Source of the DNA: Octopus vulgaris
Taxonomy: Eukaryota
Direction of reading: 5' to 3'
Assembly: GCA_951406725.2 (NCBI GenBank)
Contig: OX597821.1
Span: 55,738,001 to 55,802,000, forward strand
Length of the DNA: 64,000 nt
Shown: one piece after another, positions 1-11,745 of the stretch
Numbering within the stretch: position 1 is the first letter of the stretch
Layout of the letters: the number at the start of each line of letters is the position of its first letter
Program-made: the position numbers and the translations under genes
The notes under the pieces: model-generated
Database searches by the model: none
What the model was told of the DNA's origin: nothing
Seen by the model: only the letters and a program-made list of their open reading frames with translations

Positions 1-655
1 GCGTACAACACAAGGTTCAGAAATATGAAGCAACGTATTCATATAACTTTTATGTCAAAAAGTGTATTTGACAACGTTGAATATTACTGAAATATGGACT
101 GGTTTCCATGGTAGTTAGTATATAAAGTAGAACAGATGAAATAGAATTTGATAAATTTCTATGGCTTCTTTTAATGCATTTCTATTCTGTTGCAATTATG
201 AACGGTGGATACAGATTCACAATGAACTAATTATTAATTCATTGATAAGGAATCATCAGTAACTCGATACATAAACGAATATTTCCAGTGGTATCTCTCG
301 CTTAATTTTGTTGACGTTTATTGTTAAGTATTGGCCAAAGATATATGCATAGACATAAGTACATACGTATACACTCACACATTCACACCTACATATTTGT
401 ATCTTTTCGGTAGACGAAAATACAGGAGGATCAGTTAACTATGATTTTATTCAACATATTCCCTTCTGACATTCACATATTTTTGGCAGCGGTCCTTTAG
501 TTTTTCTAAGCCCAGTAAAAAAACGCAGAAGGATGGGTCTCCAACGTGGTCTTTCGTGATAACTTTTCAGCACCCCTTCGTATATGCATATGAATATATG
601 TATGCCTACAGCTATGAAAATACACATACATACGTACATATATACATATATATAT

Positions 656-700
<45 letters not shown>

Positions 701-701
<1 letters not shown>

Positions 702-1546
702 TAGCAGAATTGCCCGGCGTTGCTCGGGGCTGAATTACTTGAAAGTACTGTTAATGATTGCACTGAATGATGATGATTATTCAGGCAAATATTGATATAA
801 GTTTACGCTGTGAGATAAGGACTTAACGATCAAACGTGTGCCATTGCATTGTTTTGGGGGAACCAAATTTCTGATGAGCATTATAGGGGCACCAACTTTA
901 AGTTTGAGAATATGTGGTGGTAGTCCGGGGTGCTCAAAGGAATTGAGTACCTCTATTGGATAGTTGATGACGTCCTCTGGGTCAGGAGTAGTATCGATAG
1001 ACTGATATACATAGACTTCCCCAGGAATGAGTTTTAGCATTTCATCATTAATATGGTGAACAGTTTTATTCCTTGGGGCCAGTATAGCCTTTTTGCCAAT
1101 CCAATCCATATTCTAATAATTAGCTTGTAGATCTTGGAACACTGCATCTCTGAGATCAGAAGGCGTCTTAACAATGGTACAAATGGAATCGATGGCAATA
1201 TTACCATTTTCATCCCCTGGTATTTTGCCTTCGCCAAGTGCAATGAGGGTGTGAGGAAATGCTGCTGATGTGATATTACGTCGCATATGAGCACGCATAT
1301 TGGTGTGAAGTTTGAGAGTTACTTCCCTTAATTTTAAAAAAATGCATTAAAATGGGAAAAAATGATGGTAAATTATTTGTAAAATCGTAGACTCATCGTA
1401 GACGCGCGCTAATACCCAGAAGGGCTCGATATGAATCACGACTATAAGATACTCGGTTTTGGTTAAACTGCATCGCAAAATGTGGGAGTAGTTAGGAATC
1501 TAAATCGGAGTAGACAGACACACAACCTTTCTTTTATATATAAAGA
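701..1546 (-). mobile_element. Non-autonomous Helitron with both termini
   Basis: Minus strand reads A|TCTTTATATATAAAAG at the 5' end (1546) and ends with the hairpin CCCGAGCAACGCCGGG then CTAG|T (701). This is the canonical TC...CTRR arrangement inserted between A and T. Confidence 0.9.
777..1310 (-). pseudogene. PIF1-family helicase fragment (Helitron RepHel C-terminal part)
   Basis: ORFs 1113-1298 and 777-1109 contain AILAPRNKTVHHIN and GLPPHILKLKVGAPIMLIRNL...CNGTRLIV, which are typical PIF1/Helitron helicase motifs. Broken by a stop and truncated. Confidence 0.9.
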
Positions 1547-2202
1547 TTTTCGTCCTAAAAAACTTTGTATGGAGTGAATGGTTACCTCTATGGAAATATA
1601 TACACACACATTATACATACATGTGTGCATAGATGAATATATAAATACATTTAAATATCTATATACACTTTTGGGCGATCTTTCTGCTTCTTAGAGATAA
1701 CTTTAGATGTTATTTTCGTCCTAAAAAACTTTGTGTGGAGTGAATGGTTACCTCTATGGAAATATATACACACACATTATACATACATGTGTGTATAGAT
1801 GAATATATAAATACATTTAAATATCTATATACGCTTTTGGGCGATCTTTCTGTTTCTTAGAGATAACTTTAGATCTTATATTCGTCCTAAATAACTTTGT
1901 ATGGAGTGAATGGTTACCTCTATGGAAATATATACACACACATTATACATACATGTGTGTGTCTATATACACTTTTGGGCGACTGCTACTTAGAGATAAC
2001 TTTAGATGTTATTTTCGTCCTAAAAAACTTTGTGCGGAGTGAATGGTTACCTCTATGGAAATATATACACACACGTTATACATACATGTGTGCATAGATG
2101 AATATATAAATACATTTAAATATCTATATACACTTTTGGGCGATCTTTCTGCTTCTTAGAGATAACTTTAGATGTTATATTCGTCCTAAATAACTTTGTA
2201 TG
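1547..2202. repeat. Tandem repeat, 166-bp unit, about 4 copies
   Basis: Anchor CGTCCTAAA recurs at 1551, 1717, 1883, 2016 and 2182 (spacings 166, 166, 133, 166). Confidence 0.92.
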
Positions 2203-2410
2203 AATTGAAATTCTAAAAGAAAGGAATTTGTTTACATACATGTGTAAAATGGCAAATGTTTGTGCAGTTGTCTGATGGAACTGATGTATTATAATGAATA
2301 GTCCTTCTTCTTGTGAATATTAATTTGATTAATATGAACTGAAAACCAGTGGTGTAGCATAGGTGATCTTCTAGCAAAAGGGATGACCAGTCTGAATGGG
2401 TCATCCCTGT

Positions 2411-2443
2411 CACACACACACACACACACACGCACCCTCACAC

Positions 2444-2481
<38 letters not shown>

Positions 2482-2507
2482 ACACGCACACACACACACA
2501 CACACAC
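2411..2507. repeat. (CA)n microsatellite
   Basis: Directly visible. Confidence 0.95.
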
Positions 2508-2624
2508 GTTAGCTTACAATGTCTGTCAACAATTGACACTGTCGTATATATTAGCGTGTCTATGTGTCTAAAGAGGAAGTGGGAGTAATAGGCAGAGTAA
2601 AGGCTTCAAAGTGAAATGTTAAAA

Positions 2625-3116
2625 TATTGAGTTTTCTCGAATTTTGTCTTAATTGGGGGTGAAATTGAAAGAAATTTTGTATGGCATGACCCAATGAAAG
2701 TTCTTTGAAAAATCATAGGTAAAGTCTAATTGAAGAAATTGTGTGAGGAGTAAATCGTTATGTATTTATTTGTTTCTGTTTGCTGCTTTTTTTTGAGTAG
2801 TGTTGTAAGGTAGACTTGCAAAGAGAAAGTCGTAGAAATGAGAGTGATAGCGTGAGTGAATCAGATCGCTCCCTTTTTGTGTGTGTGTGTGTGCGAATGC
2901 TGTAACCCACACTAAGAAATGCATTTGACTTATACACCACAATGTGAGTTTTCTCTAAATTTTGCTTAATTGGGGTTGAAATTTTAAAAACTGGACCTGG
3001 CACGACCCGATGCATTCTACTCTTAAAAATGCTAGGTAAATTGTAATTGAAGAAATCCTATATTGTAGATTTCTATAAGATACAAAGGAGGCAGATAAAA
3101 TCTGCCTTTTATAATA

Positions 3117-3119
<3 letters not shown>
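2625..3119 (-). mobile_element. Probable Helitron-like 5' end with an internal diverged duplication
   Basis: Minus strand begins A|TCTTATTATAAAAGGCAGAT with the hairpin AGGCAGAT-AAA-ATCTGCCT. Segment ~2630-2740 resembles ~2945-3058. The 3' end was not identified. Confidence 0.5.
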
Positions 3120-3154
<35 letters not shown>

Positions 3155-3156
<2 letters not shown>

Positions 3157-3454
3157 ACGCGCAATAGCCCAGTGGTTAGGGCAGCGGACTCGCGGTCGTA
3201 GGATCGCAGTTTCGATTCTCAGACCGGGCGTTGTGAGTGTTTATTGAGCAAAAACACCTAAAGCTCCACGAGGCTCCGGCAGTGGATGGTGGCGATCCCT
3301 GCTGTACTCTTTCGCCACAACTTTCTCTCACTCTTTCTTCTGTTGGCCTGCTCGCTTAGCCAGCGGGGTGGCGTAATTTAAAGGCTAAAACAATGCGAAG
3401 CGCATTGTGACCAGCGATGTGTAGCAACGTCTGATAGCCTGGTCGGTCACGGTG

Positions 3455-3455
<1 letters not shown>
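3155..3455 (+). mobile_element. tRNA-derived SINE (family D) inserted in (TA)n
   Basis: Pol III A box TAGCCCAGTGG and B-box-like GTTTCGATTC in the head, followed by ~230 nt of non-tRNA body; (TA)n on both sides. Confidence 0.8.
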
Positions 3456-3479
<24 letters not shown>

Positions 3480-3487
<8 letters not shown>

Positions 3488-3597
3488 TATTTACATACAT
3501 ACATGTACATACCAACTTTTATACATACATGCATACATACATACATACATACATACATACATACATACATACATACATACATACATACATACATACA
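3480..3597. repeat. (TACA)n microsatellite
   Basis: Directly visible. Confidence 0.95.
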
Positions 3598-4000
3598 GTG
3601 CCACAAAACAATGACCGACTTCTAAAATCTGATGCAATTTAAACGTAGTCTGCGCGCTATACACGGATACAAAATCAAATTATTTTGTGCATTGATTATA
3701 GTCTATTGCAGATGTTTTGATGAAAGAAATTTTGTGTTTCATTCTTTCTGCTGTCAACAGTTTTTAATCAAATAGTGAAGATTTTAAAAATGATTTTTAA
3801 AATGGTTCGGTTGAAAAATACAGAAAACCCGTTATATATTCGATTTTGTCTAGAGCTGATGTATAATATTGTGTACGGAGGCTACTGCAGTATTACCATA
3901 TACGAATGTTTAGAAGTATCCTGGCTGATATACAAATCAGGAAGTTACAAAGATTTTAAAGAAAACCGTGAATCAGGCAATTTAGAACTGGTGAATCTGC
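3595..4000 (+). mobile_element. Possible decayed mariner-type 5' portion
   Basis: TA|CAGTG start; peptide YIRFCLEL...KDFKENRES resembles the mariner N-terminal IKFC..L...KRFKEGRES. Confidence 0.3.
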
Positions 4001-5613
4001 TATTCATTTGTAGCAGAAATAACATGGAAAATGCTATTTCTGTTATTTTAAACGACGGTTCAAAAGCACTCTCATTGCCTTAGGTATCCAGAATTAATTT
4101 CCTGTTTGTTTTATGTCATAGCATCGCAGGTCCCCCGGGAAGCCAGTTGCGCTGGAGAAAGAAGAAGACTCACTTCTCACACTAATTAGAATAAATTATC
4201 TCTAGGCTTCTGATGAATTTCATTCCCTGAATTTGTTTTTGCATTTGTTGTTATATTTTTTATGGATGTGATATTCTGTGTTGCTGCTGTTTAGCCCAAA
4301 TTAGCAGTGATTAGGTAAAGTTATGATCAAAGACTGTCCTAACATAACCATCATTTTTAGGATTGGGTAAGTTTGCCGTTACCAGTGTGTCCTCTTGATG
4401 CAATAGGGTATAGGTTGTAGAAATTTGGCTGCTATGTCTAACAAATTGAATGACCACTTAGAAGCTTCTTAGTTAGCTTGCGATGCCTTCATCACTGATG
4501 GTGGTGTAGTGTTCATTAGTAGTACTCTTGTTGTTCTTGCTGTCATCCTCTTCGTCATCGTCGTTATTGTTGTCGTTGCAGTTGTTGTTCTTAGCCAGGG
4601 TTTCACAAGCGCTAACCCTTTTGATACTAACCATCCTGAGACCTCCCCTATTGTTATGACACAAACTACTTGTTTTTAAGTGGTCTGAATGAAAATCTCT
4701 CATCAAAATTTCATCTTAATTTGTTTCAAGTATCACATTTATTAGGACAAAATTATTTTAACTAAATTTTTAATTATTTTCAAAATTAATTAAAACAAAA
4801 GCAATGTGTTTCAATAGAAATACTAACAAAAGGTTTAAGAAAGCATTAAAGCCTGAAGATCATTCAAGGTTCCAAGATTTAAAATGAAACAGGTACAATC
4901 TGCCAGCGCCCCTCGCTAAAATAAAATCGAATCGAAAATCACGCTAAGAAAACATTGCAGATTTCTTTATTTAAAAGTGAAATTGAGAAAATATGTTCAG
5001 TATCTGACAGAGAGTGGTTGTTTGTGTTTCAAGAGAAATCATGCATATTCAAACTTTAAGACTGAAGCAACATTTGATTCGTAACTTTGTTTACAGGTTT
5101 CCTGACTCATTGAGTTGGAAATGCTAATCAAGAGCAATGTATTTCGCAAGCACGTACTTGTGGCAATGAAAAGCATCATTGTTGAAGTTTAGATAGCCTC
5201 CCTGAGGTATTATCATATTGGTTATTTGCTAAAACTGCCCTTTAAAAAGTGCTCTGTAACAGCTTAATAGACAATTTATTTTTAAACTGTTAACAAGCAA
5301 TTTTTAACCACTGGATGTCTGCATCGATAAACAATTTAAATATACGATTTATTAAAACCAATAATTTACAAATTCAGTTTTTTTGGTATCACTCAGAATT
5401 GCATACATTTCATGAACGATTATTTCAGTGACCAACTTCTGCATCAACGGGTTATATGATACAGGTTTATCTCTTCATTTCTGTTCCTCATGGCATTAAG
5501 CTGCCCAGCTATTCTTTTATGGCAGCATATCAGATTCTTTATCCAAAGCATTTGAACACCGTCAGGTCCAATTTCTCATCTTCCTACTTACTTGGTACAT
5601 ACTCTTTTACTTT

Positions 5614-5748
<135 letters not shown>

Positions 5749-5879
5749 TGAATGCGCGCTTTTGCTTGCTCGGAATTGTTTTGCTCGTAATTTTGTCTCT
5801 GAAAGTTTTTTTATTGCGTATTTTGTTACAAAACGTTTATTAAAACCACATTGTTTTCCAAGGAAGTGATAGCCTCCTG

Positions 5880-6960
5880 GAGGTGCAGGAGACCCGTCGC
5901 GAAAATTAGTCTTTTTAAACCAGACATAAGATCACTGACATCATTCGCCTTCTAAGAAGAAAAGGGCTACACCTTACGCTTGAGAATAGAAATCCACGGT
6001 GACATCTGTGTGGGGAGACGGGCTACTTGAGCGTTTTCTTCCTCCAATAGAAAACCATGGAAGTCACTTTCTGCCAACACCAGGTACGCAAAAGCCTCTA
6101 CAACCAAACCATTAATGACCAGCAAGTAACACAACTCCAGTCCTAGCAACAACGGCATCATCAACAACAGGAATAGCAAAATCAGTAAATGCTGGAAGAT
6201 AAAAAACGCCAGCAACAACAGAAACAGCAATCTCAGGAATATCAGCAATAATAAGAACACCATCAACGCCAACAACATCAACATCGCCAGCGACAGATGC
6301 ACCACCACCACTCCCTTCAACAACAGAATGAATAATAAAAACAGGTACACAAAGCACTCACGGGTTTTCCACACCCTCCCTCTCTCCCGCTACTCCAAAC
6401 CCAAATATAATCATCGACGTAGCCCCCGATTCTTAAGACACGAGTTTCATCTGCAACACGCAGATCAAGAAGAGTGAAATCAAGAAGAATGAAAAGGAAT
6501 CCCAATAAAACATCATACTCCTCATCAAACACACTCCAAAAATACAGAACATAGACCTACAACAGTCACAGGCACATTCACAGCTTCGCCAACCCCTCTA
6601 GCACCACATACGTCAACACATACACCGCAAGCACAACCAGCCCAACCAACAAAACCCCAACTGCAACAACCCATGAGAAGAAAGCACTCCAACAGCAACA
6701 ACCAACTAAACAAACACTAAACTTCGTGCTAGTGACGGGGGCTAAAAAAACAATCTATGGCCCTCACAGCACGAAGGAAGGACGTTGAGAGAGAGGGCGT
6801 GATCTTCAGCACCTTTCAAGTGTCAAAAACACTGTTGATGGTGCGAATGTCTATAGGGACATTTTAAGACATTAGGGAGAGCTTCCCTCAAGACGTTGGA
6901 ACCCCTAATATAAAATCCACGAATAGGCTTTTAAAGAGGTGCCAAGAGTAGCCCAAACAA
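5880..6960 (+). mobile_element. Decayed ORF1 (zinc knuckle plus low-complexity tail) of an L1/Tx1-like LINE
   Basis: At ~5965-6045 the + strand reads LHLTLENRNPR*HLCGETGYLS, a degenerate CX2CX4HX4C knuckle, followed by an ACA/CAA-rich Thr/Gln/Pro tract. Same layout as 36480-37500. Confidence 0.55.
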
Positions 6961-7320
6961 GTTATGAACGTTGAACCTTTCTATTAATGCAAAACTGTCA
7001 ACTAATAGTAATTCCACTCACAAACGCAATTCTATTTGTATTTGCACGCTACATGGAAATTTTCCAGTTTTTGTATTCTGTACCAAGATAGTGGTAAACG
7101 TTGACTCTCAAACAAACTTCTACCCTGGACTGACAGCCCATGTATTAAGATATATTACTTGTAATGACATTCTTTAATCAACTCTAACAGGAAGTTTTCG
7201 AGTAGATATTTGAAATGAATTTGAAGATTGAGCAAACATGTCACTGTATTTGGATCCTCCTTGCTTTTGCGAGCAGCAGAAACAAGCTGTATTATCATCT
7301 TAAACACAAGTATTTTGATA

Positions 7321-7539
7321 TTGGTTTCAAATTTTAGCACGAGCCCAGCAATATCGGGAATGGGGTCAATTCGAATTCATCGGTCATAGTGCACAACTGG
7401 TACTTATTTTATCGACCCGGAAAGGGATAAACGACTAAGTCGTTCTCGGCAGAATTTGAACTCGGAACTTATTGACGGGTGAAATCCCGCTAAGGATTTT
7501 CACTCGGCATGCTGCAGATTCTTCCAGCTCGCCACCTTC
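7321..7539 (-). mobile_element. tRNA-derived SINE family A
   Basis: Matches the well-preserved copy at 37836-38069 (GGTACTTATTTTATCGACCC...GAATTTGAACTC...CCAGCTCGCC). Confidence 0.85.
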
Positions 7540-7568
7540 ACAACATTTTTAGTATTATAACAGAAGAA

Positions 7569-7786
7569 GGCGGTGATCTGACAGAATCGTTAGCACACTG
7601 GGCGAGATGTGTAGCGATATTTCGTCCATCTTTACGTTCTGATTTCACATCATGCCGAATTTGACTTACCCCTTCACCCTTTTAGTGTCGATGAAATAAG
7701 TACCTGTTGAACACTGGGAACAATGTAATCGACATGATACGTTCTCTGAAATTGCTGGCCTTGTGCTAAAATTTGAAACGAATATT
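7569..7786 (+). mobile_element. tRNA-derived SINE family A
   Basis: GGCGGTGATCTGACAGAATCGTTAGCAC head and GTCGATGAAATAAGTACC core. Confidence 0.85.
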
Positions 7787-8424
7787 ACCACAGAAAGGAA
7801 AGAGTTTGAATACAGGAAATGTAATTCTTTATAAATATTTGCTTAAAGCAAAATAGCTTTTGAATAATATTCAAAAGGGAATCAGCCATATGAAATTTCC
7901 TACGAGGAGTTTCTCACGTTATCTCATTTTTTTGTTTCCATTACCGATTTTTGTTTGCGTCTTTTTACTTATCTTTCTTTTGACGCTTCTCTGGGTGTTT
8001 TATGGATTTCTGACAGTATTTAGAAAGTTAAGGTTTTCGCTATACATAAATACATACATGCATGCATACTCACACACGCACTCGCACACATACACACATA
8101 TATACTCTCTTACTCGCTTTCTTACTATATTCTTCTGTATTCTTTCATTATCGTCTTATTTCTTATACTATGGTAGAATTTTGTAATATCTGTGTGTAAA
8201 TGAGAACGCCCGGCAAGCATGCTTTCGTAAATTATTGTTTTAGATATCTATATATTCGCGAGCATACGTTCGCATATGCATACGAACTTTCACTGAAATC
8301 TCTCACCTTCTGAACCAGCGGCATATACAGAATATGACAGCTGACGATAGAAAGAAAAGTGACAGAAAGAGTAAGACAAAGAGAAGGAATGACATTGACA
8401 TAGAGAGTGAGACATTGTGGCATC

Positions 8425-8548
8425 CACTTTAAGCTGAGTAGATTAAAGCATAGTTAAACAAAGTGCTTTGCTCCGGAACACAGCGAGCTGCGCGTCTAGG
8501 AATTGTACCAACCACATTATGATATTCAACCGAACTACCTAACTGAAT
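8425..8548 (-). mobile_element. SINE family C 5' remnant
   Basis: Resembles 20810-20935 (AAGTGCTTTGCTC...AACACAGCG...GGAATTG). Confidence 0.5.
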
Positions 8549-8629
8549 CTACACGCGCGCGTACATACACACGCACACATGCACACACACACATACGCAA
8601 GCACACACACACACACACAAATGTATATA

Positions 8630-9882
8630 CAGGGGTTGGAGAAAATAATGGAAACACCTAAAAATTTCAAACAAATTTATTTTAATATGGGGTAGGACCG
8701 CCTTGGCAGTAATTACAGCTTGAATTATACGAGTTAGAGACTCGTACAAAGTTTGAATTTGTTTCCAAAGGAAAAATTCTTCAACTAAAACAGTTTCTAG
8801 TACTTGTAATGATGATGGTGGATGATATTGACTCCTTACTTGTTTTTCTAAAATGCACCATAAATGTTCAATAATGTTGAGATCTTGGAACTGTGGTGGT
8901 CAGATAATAAGTTCAACTTCAATAGAATGTTCCTCGTGCCATTCAGTAACAACTTTAGCTGTGTGAATTGGTGCATTATCATCCTGAAAGATTGCGATTC
9001 CCTCCAGAAACAGTTCCGCAACTATATGATGAATTTGATCAGATAAAATGCTTAAAAAGTCTTGACTATTAATTCTGCCATGAAGGGAAACCATTGAGCC
9101 GGCAGATTTCCAAGATATACCCCTCACCCCACCAGATCATCGAAGATCATTCCCCATGTTTAACAGTTGGAAAAAAGCAGTCCGGCTCAAATGCTTCTTT
9201 TGGCTGTCTCCACACGCACAGTCCGCCGATGGTCAGAAATAAGGTAAAAGATGACTCGTCAGAGAAAATAACATTCTTCCACTGCTCTGGGAACCAATTC
9301 TGTAGGTTTTTACTCCACTCTAAATGCTATGCAACGTTTGTTTTTGAAAGTAGTGGTTTTCTGATTGCAGCCCTCCCATGAAATACGGCTTTATGCAGCT
9401 CCCAGTGAACAGTTTTTGTCCAAACTGGGTGCTCGAGGTGGTCATTAAGATCCGCAGTAATTCTGGGAGCTGTACTTTTGTGATCCTTTCTAACAATTCG
9501 CGTAAGAGTCCGACGATACCTATCTGAAAGTTTTGGTTTTATTCCGGAGTTTTGTTTCCCTCTTTCTCAAAGGCTGTCATTACTTTCGAGACAGTACTTC
9601 TTGATACACCAAACATTTCGGCTGTTTTCGTTATGCTAGTGCCTGCCATACGAGCACCAACAATTTGACGTCTTTGAAAGTCCAATAGATCTGTCATTTT
9701 AATGAATTTGAATTACCTTTTGCTGATGACATCTGAAAAGAAATAGCAATTTTAGCAAACAATATTAAGCAACACTAATAATAAATATAAAAAAAATATA
9801 CAAGCTTTTGATAGTTTTATAGACATTCCAAAAATTCCGATGCTATAATGCTAGGTGTTTCCATTATTTTGTCCAACCCCAG
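8630..9882 (-). mobile_element. Full-length decayed Tc1-superfamily transposon with DD36E spacing (Incomer-like)
   Basis: TIRs CAGGGGTTGGAGAAAATAATGGAAACACCTA / TAGGTGTTTCCATTATTTTGTCCAACCCCAG with TA flanks; 1253 bp. Minus-strand transposase from ATG ~9697: MTDLLDFQRRQIVGARMAG, VIFSDES, FQDDNAPIH, DLNIIEHLW, with stops and frameshifts. Confidence 0.93.
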
Positions 9883-9899
9883 TATATTTGTATAATTTT

Positions 9900-10012
9900 T
9901 TTTATTTGTTTCAGCCATTGGACTGCAGCCATGTTGGGCACCACCTCGAAGAAATTTTAGTCGAATTCATCGACTCCAGGATATTTTTCAAGCCTAGTAC
10001 TTATTCTACCGG
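9900..10012 (-). mobile_element. SINE family B 3' fragment
   Basis: TTGTTTCAGCCATTGGACTGCAGCCATG matches 54195-54230. Confidence 0.75.
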
Positions 10013-10490
10013 TTTACTGGTTTACTGCTTTCCTCCTTTTAGGGGAGAAACTTGTATTTCAGTTGGAGTGTGGACAGCTTCATGAAACCAGTACTAAAAT
10101 GTTCGTCATGATAAAATTATTTTAGCATTTTCCACCTTGTCTTATTTTCCTAATATATATATATAATATATATAAGCTTTAATTGTTACAGAAGCGACTT
10201 AGAAATCAGAATAGTCGGGGTTTGCACTTATTAAGTGTATCATGCTATGCACAAAACTCGCCGCATGAATCGCTTTCCTAACTTACTGACGATTAAGTAT
10301 AAAAGTATTTCTACCTATGTATTGAGTTTTGTTTGCTCAACCAAATTTATATAAAGATTATGCCTGTGTATGTATACATAAACGTTTTCAAACATTTTAT
10401 ACACACGCACACACAAAATATTTTTGTCCACCCGATAGCAAACTTTGGTATTGTATGAAAAATAATCATTCTACATCAGTTCTACATCAG

Positions 10491-10533
<43 letters not shown>

Positions 10534-10911
10534 AAATATGTTCACATAATATCTACATATTTGTGTGCTGTGTGTATATGTATACACACACACATATACA
10601 TAATATGCATATATATTTATATACATTCCTATACATACACAGAAGCACACACACACACACACATCTCGAAATTAAACAGACACTATCTTTTTGAAGATTT
10701 ATTTCTAGAAAATGAAGCAATGTCATTTAATGCATTAAATACTTAATAATAGTATTAAGCAGATATGCCTTGCGCAGGGTTTTTTTTTATGATATAACTT
10801 TTGTGATCATATTACTACTTAGTAGTGTCCACAGAAATAAAGAAAAGGCTACTGAAGGTTGTCTATTTCCCTATGAATTGTTTGCGCATATCGCTTTCAC
10901 CATTCATGTTT

Positions 10912-11745
10912 TATCTTTTACTTGTTTCAGTCGTTTGATTGCGGCCATGGTGGGGCACCGCCATGAAGGGTTTTAGAGGAAAAAATCGATACAATGACTT
11001 ATTTTTGTATGCATAGGTGCTGGAGTGCCTGTGTGGTAATAATCCTGCTCACCAACCACATGGTTCCGGGTTCAGTCCCACCTCGTGGCACCTTGTGCAA
11101 ATATCTTCTGCTCTAGCCTCAGGCCGACCAAAGCAGATTTGGAAAACTGAAAGAAGCCAGTCGAATATATATATGTGTGTGTCTGTGTGTGTGTGCGTGT
11201 GTATGTGTGTGTGTGTGTGTTTGTGTGTCTTTGGTGTGTTTACGTCCCCGTAACTTAGCGATTCAGCCAAAAAAACGATAGAATAAGTACTAGGCTTACA
11301 AAGAATAACTCCTGGGGTCGAATTCTTCAACTAAAGGTGGTGCTCTAGCATACCCGCAGTCAAATGACTGAAACAAGTAAAAGAAGAAAAGAAGAAAAGA
11401 ATAGTACTTATTATATCGTTCTCTTTTGCCGAACCGCTACGGTACTGGGATATAAACAGACCAACATCGATTTTTAAGCGGTGGTAGTGGGACAAACACA
11501 GACATGCACATACACACACATACATGTAATATATCTATATATATTCGGTAGACGGTTAGAAGCCCATTATATATATATATATATATCATGGACTTGTAAT
11601 AGTCTACCGAATACACTCACAAGATTTTTGTAACCCAGAGGTTATAGTAGACGACATTTGCCTAAGGTGCCACGCAGGGAAACTGAACTTAAAACCATGC
11701 GGTTGGAAAGCAAGTTTCTTGCCACACGGCCAGGCTTGCGCCGGG
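10912..11745. mobile_element. Cluster of SINE family B copies: fragment (-) 10912-11005, copy (+) 11014-11395, copy (-) 11400-11745
   Basis: Head GGTGCTGGAGTGCCTGTGTGGTAA...GGTTCAGTCC, internal (TG)n and tail CAAATGACTGAAACAAGTAAAAG, all homologous to 54171-54623. Confidence 0.85.

Noticed and set aside
777-1109. Host PIF1 helicase gene
   Set aside because: It is truncated, contains a stop, and is enclosed by Helitron termini.
1547-2202. CRISPR-like array
   Set aside because: Whole units repeat with no unique spacers, the context is eukaryotic, and there are no cas genes.
3155-3230. Functional tRNA gene
   Set aside because: The tRNA-like head continues into a SINE body with no proper acceptor stem or terminator; the same applies to the other SINE heads.
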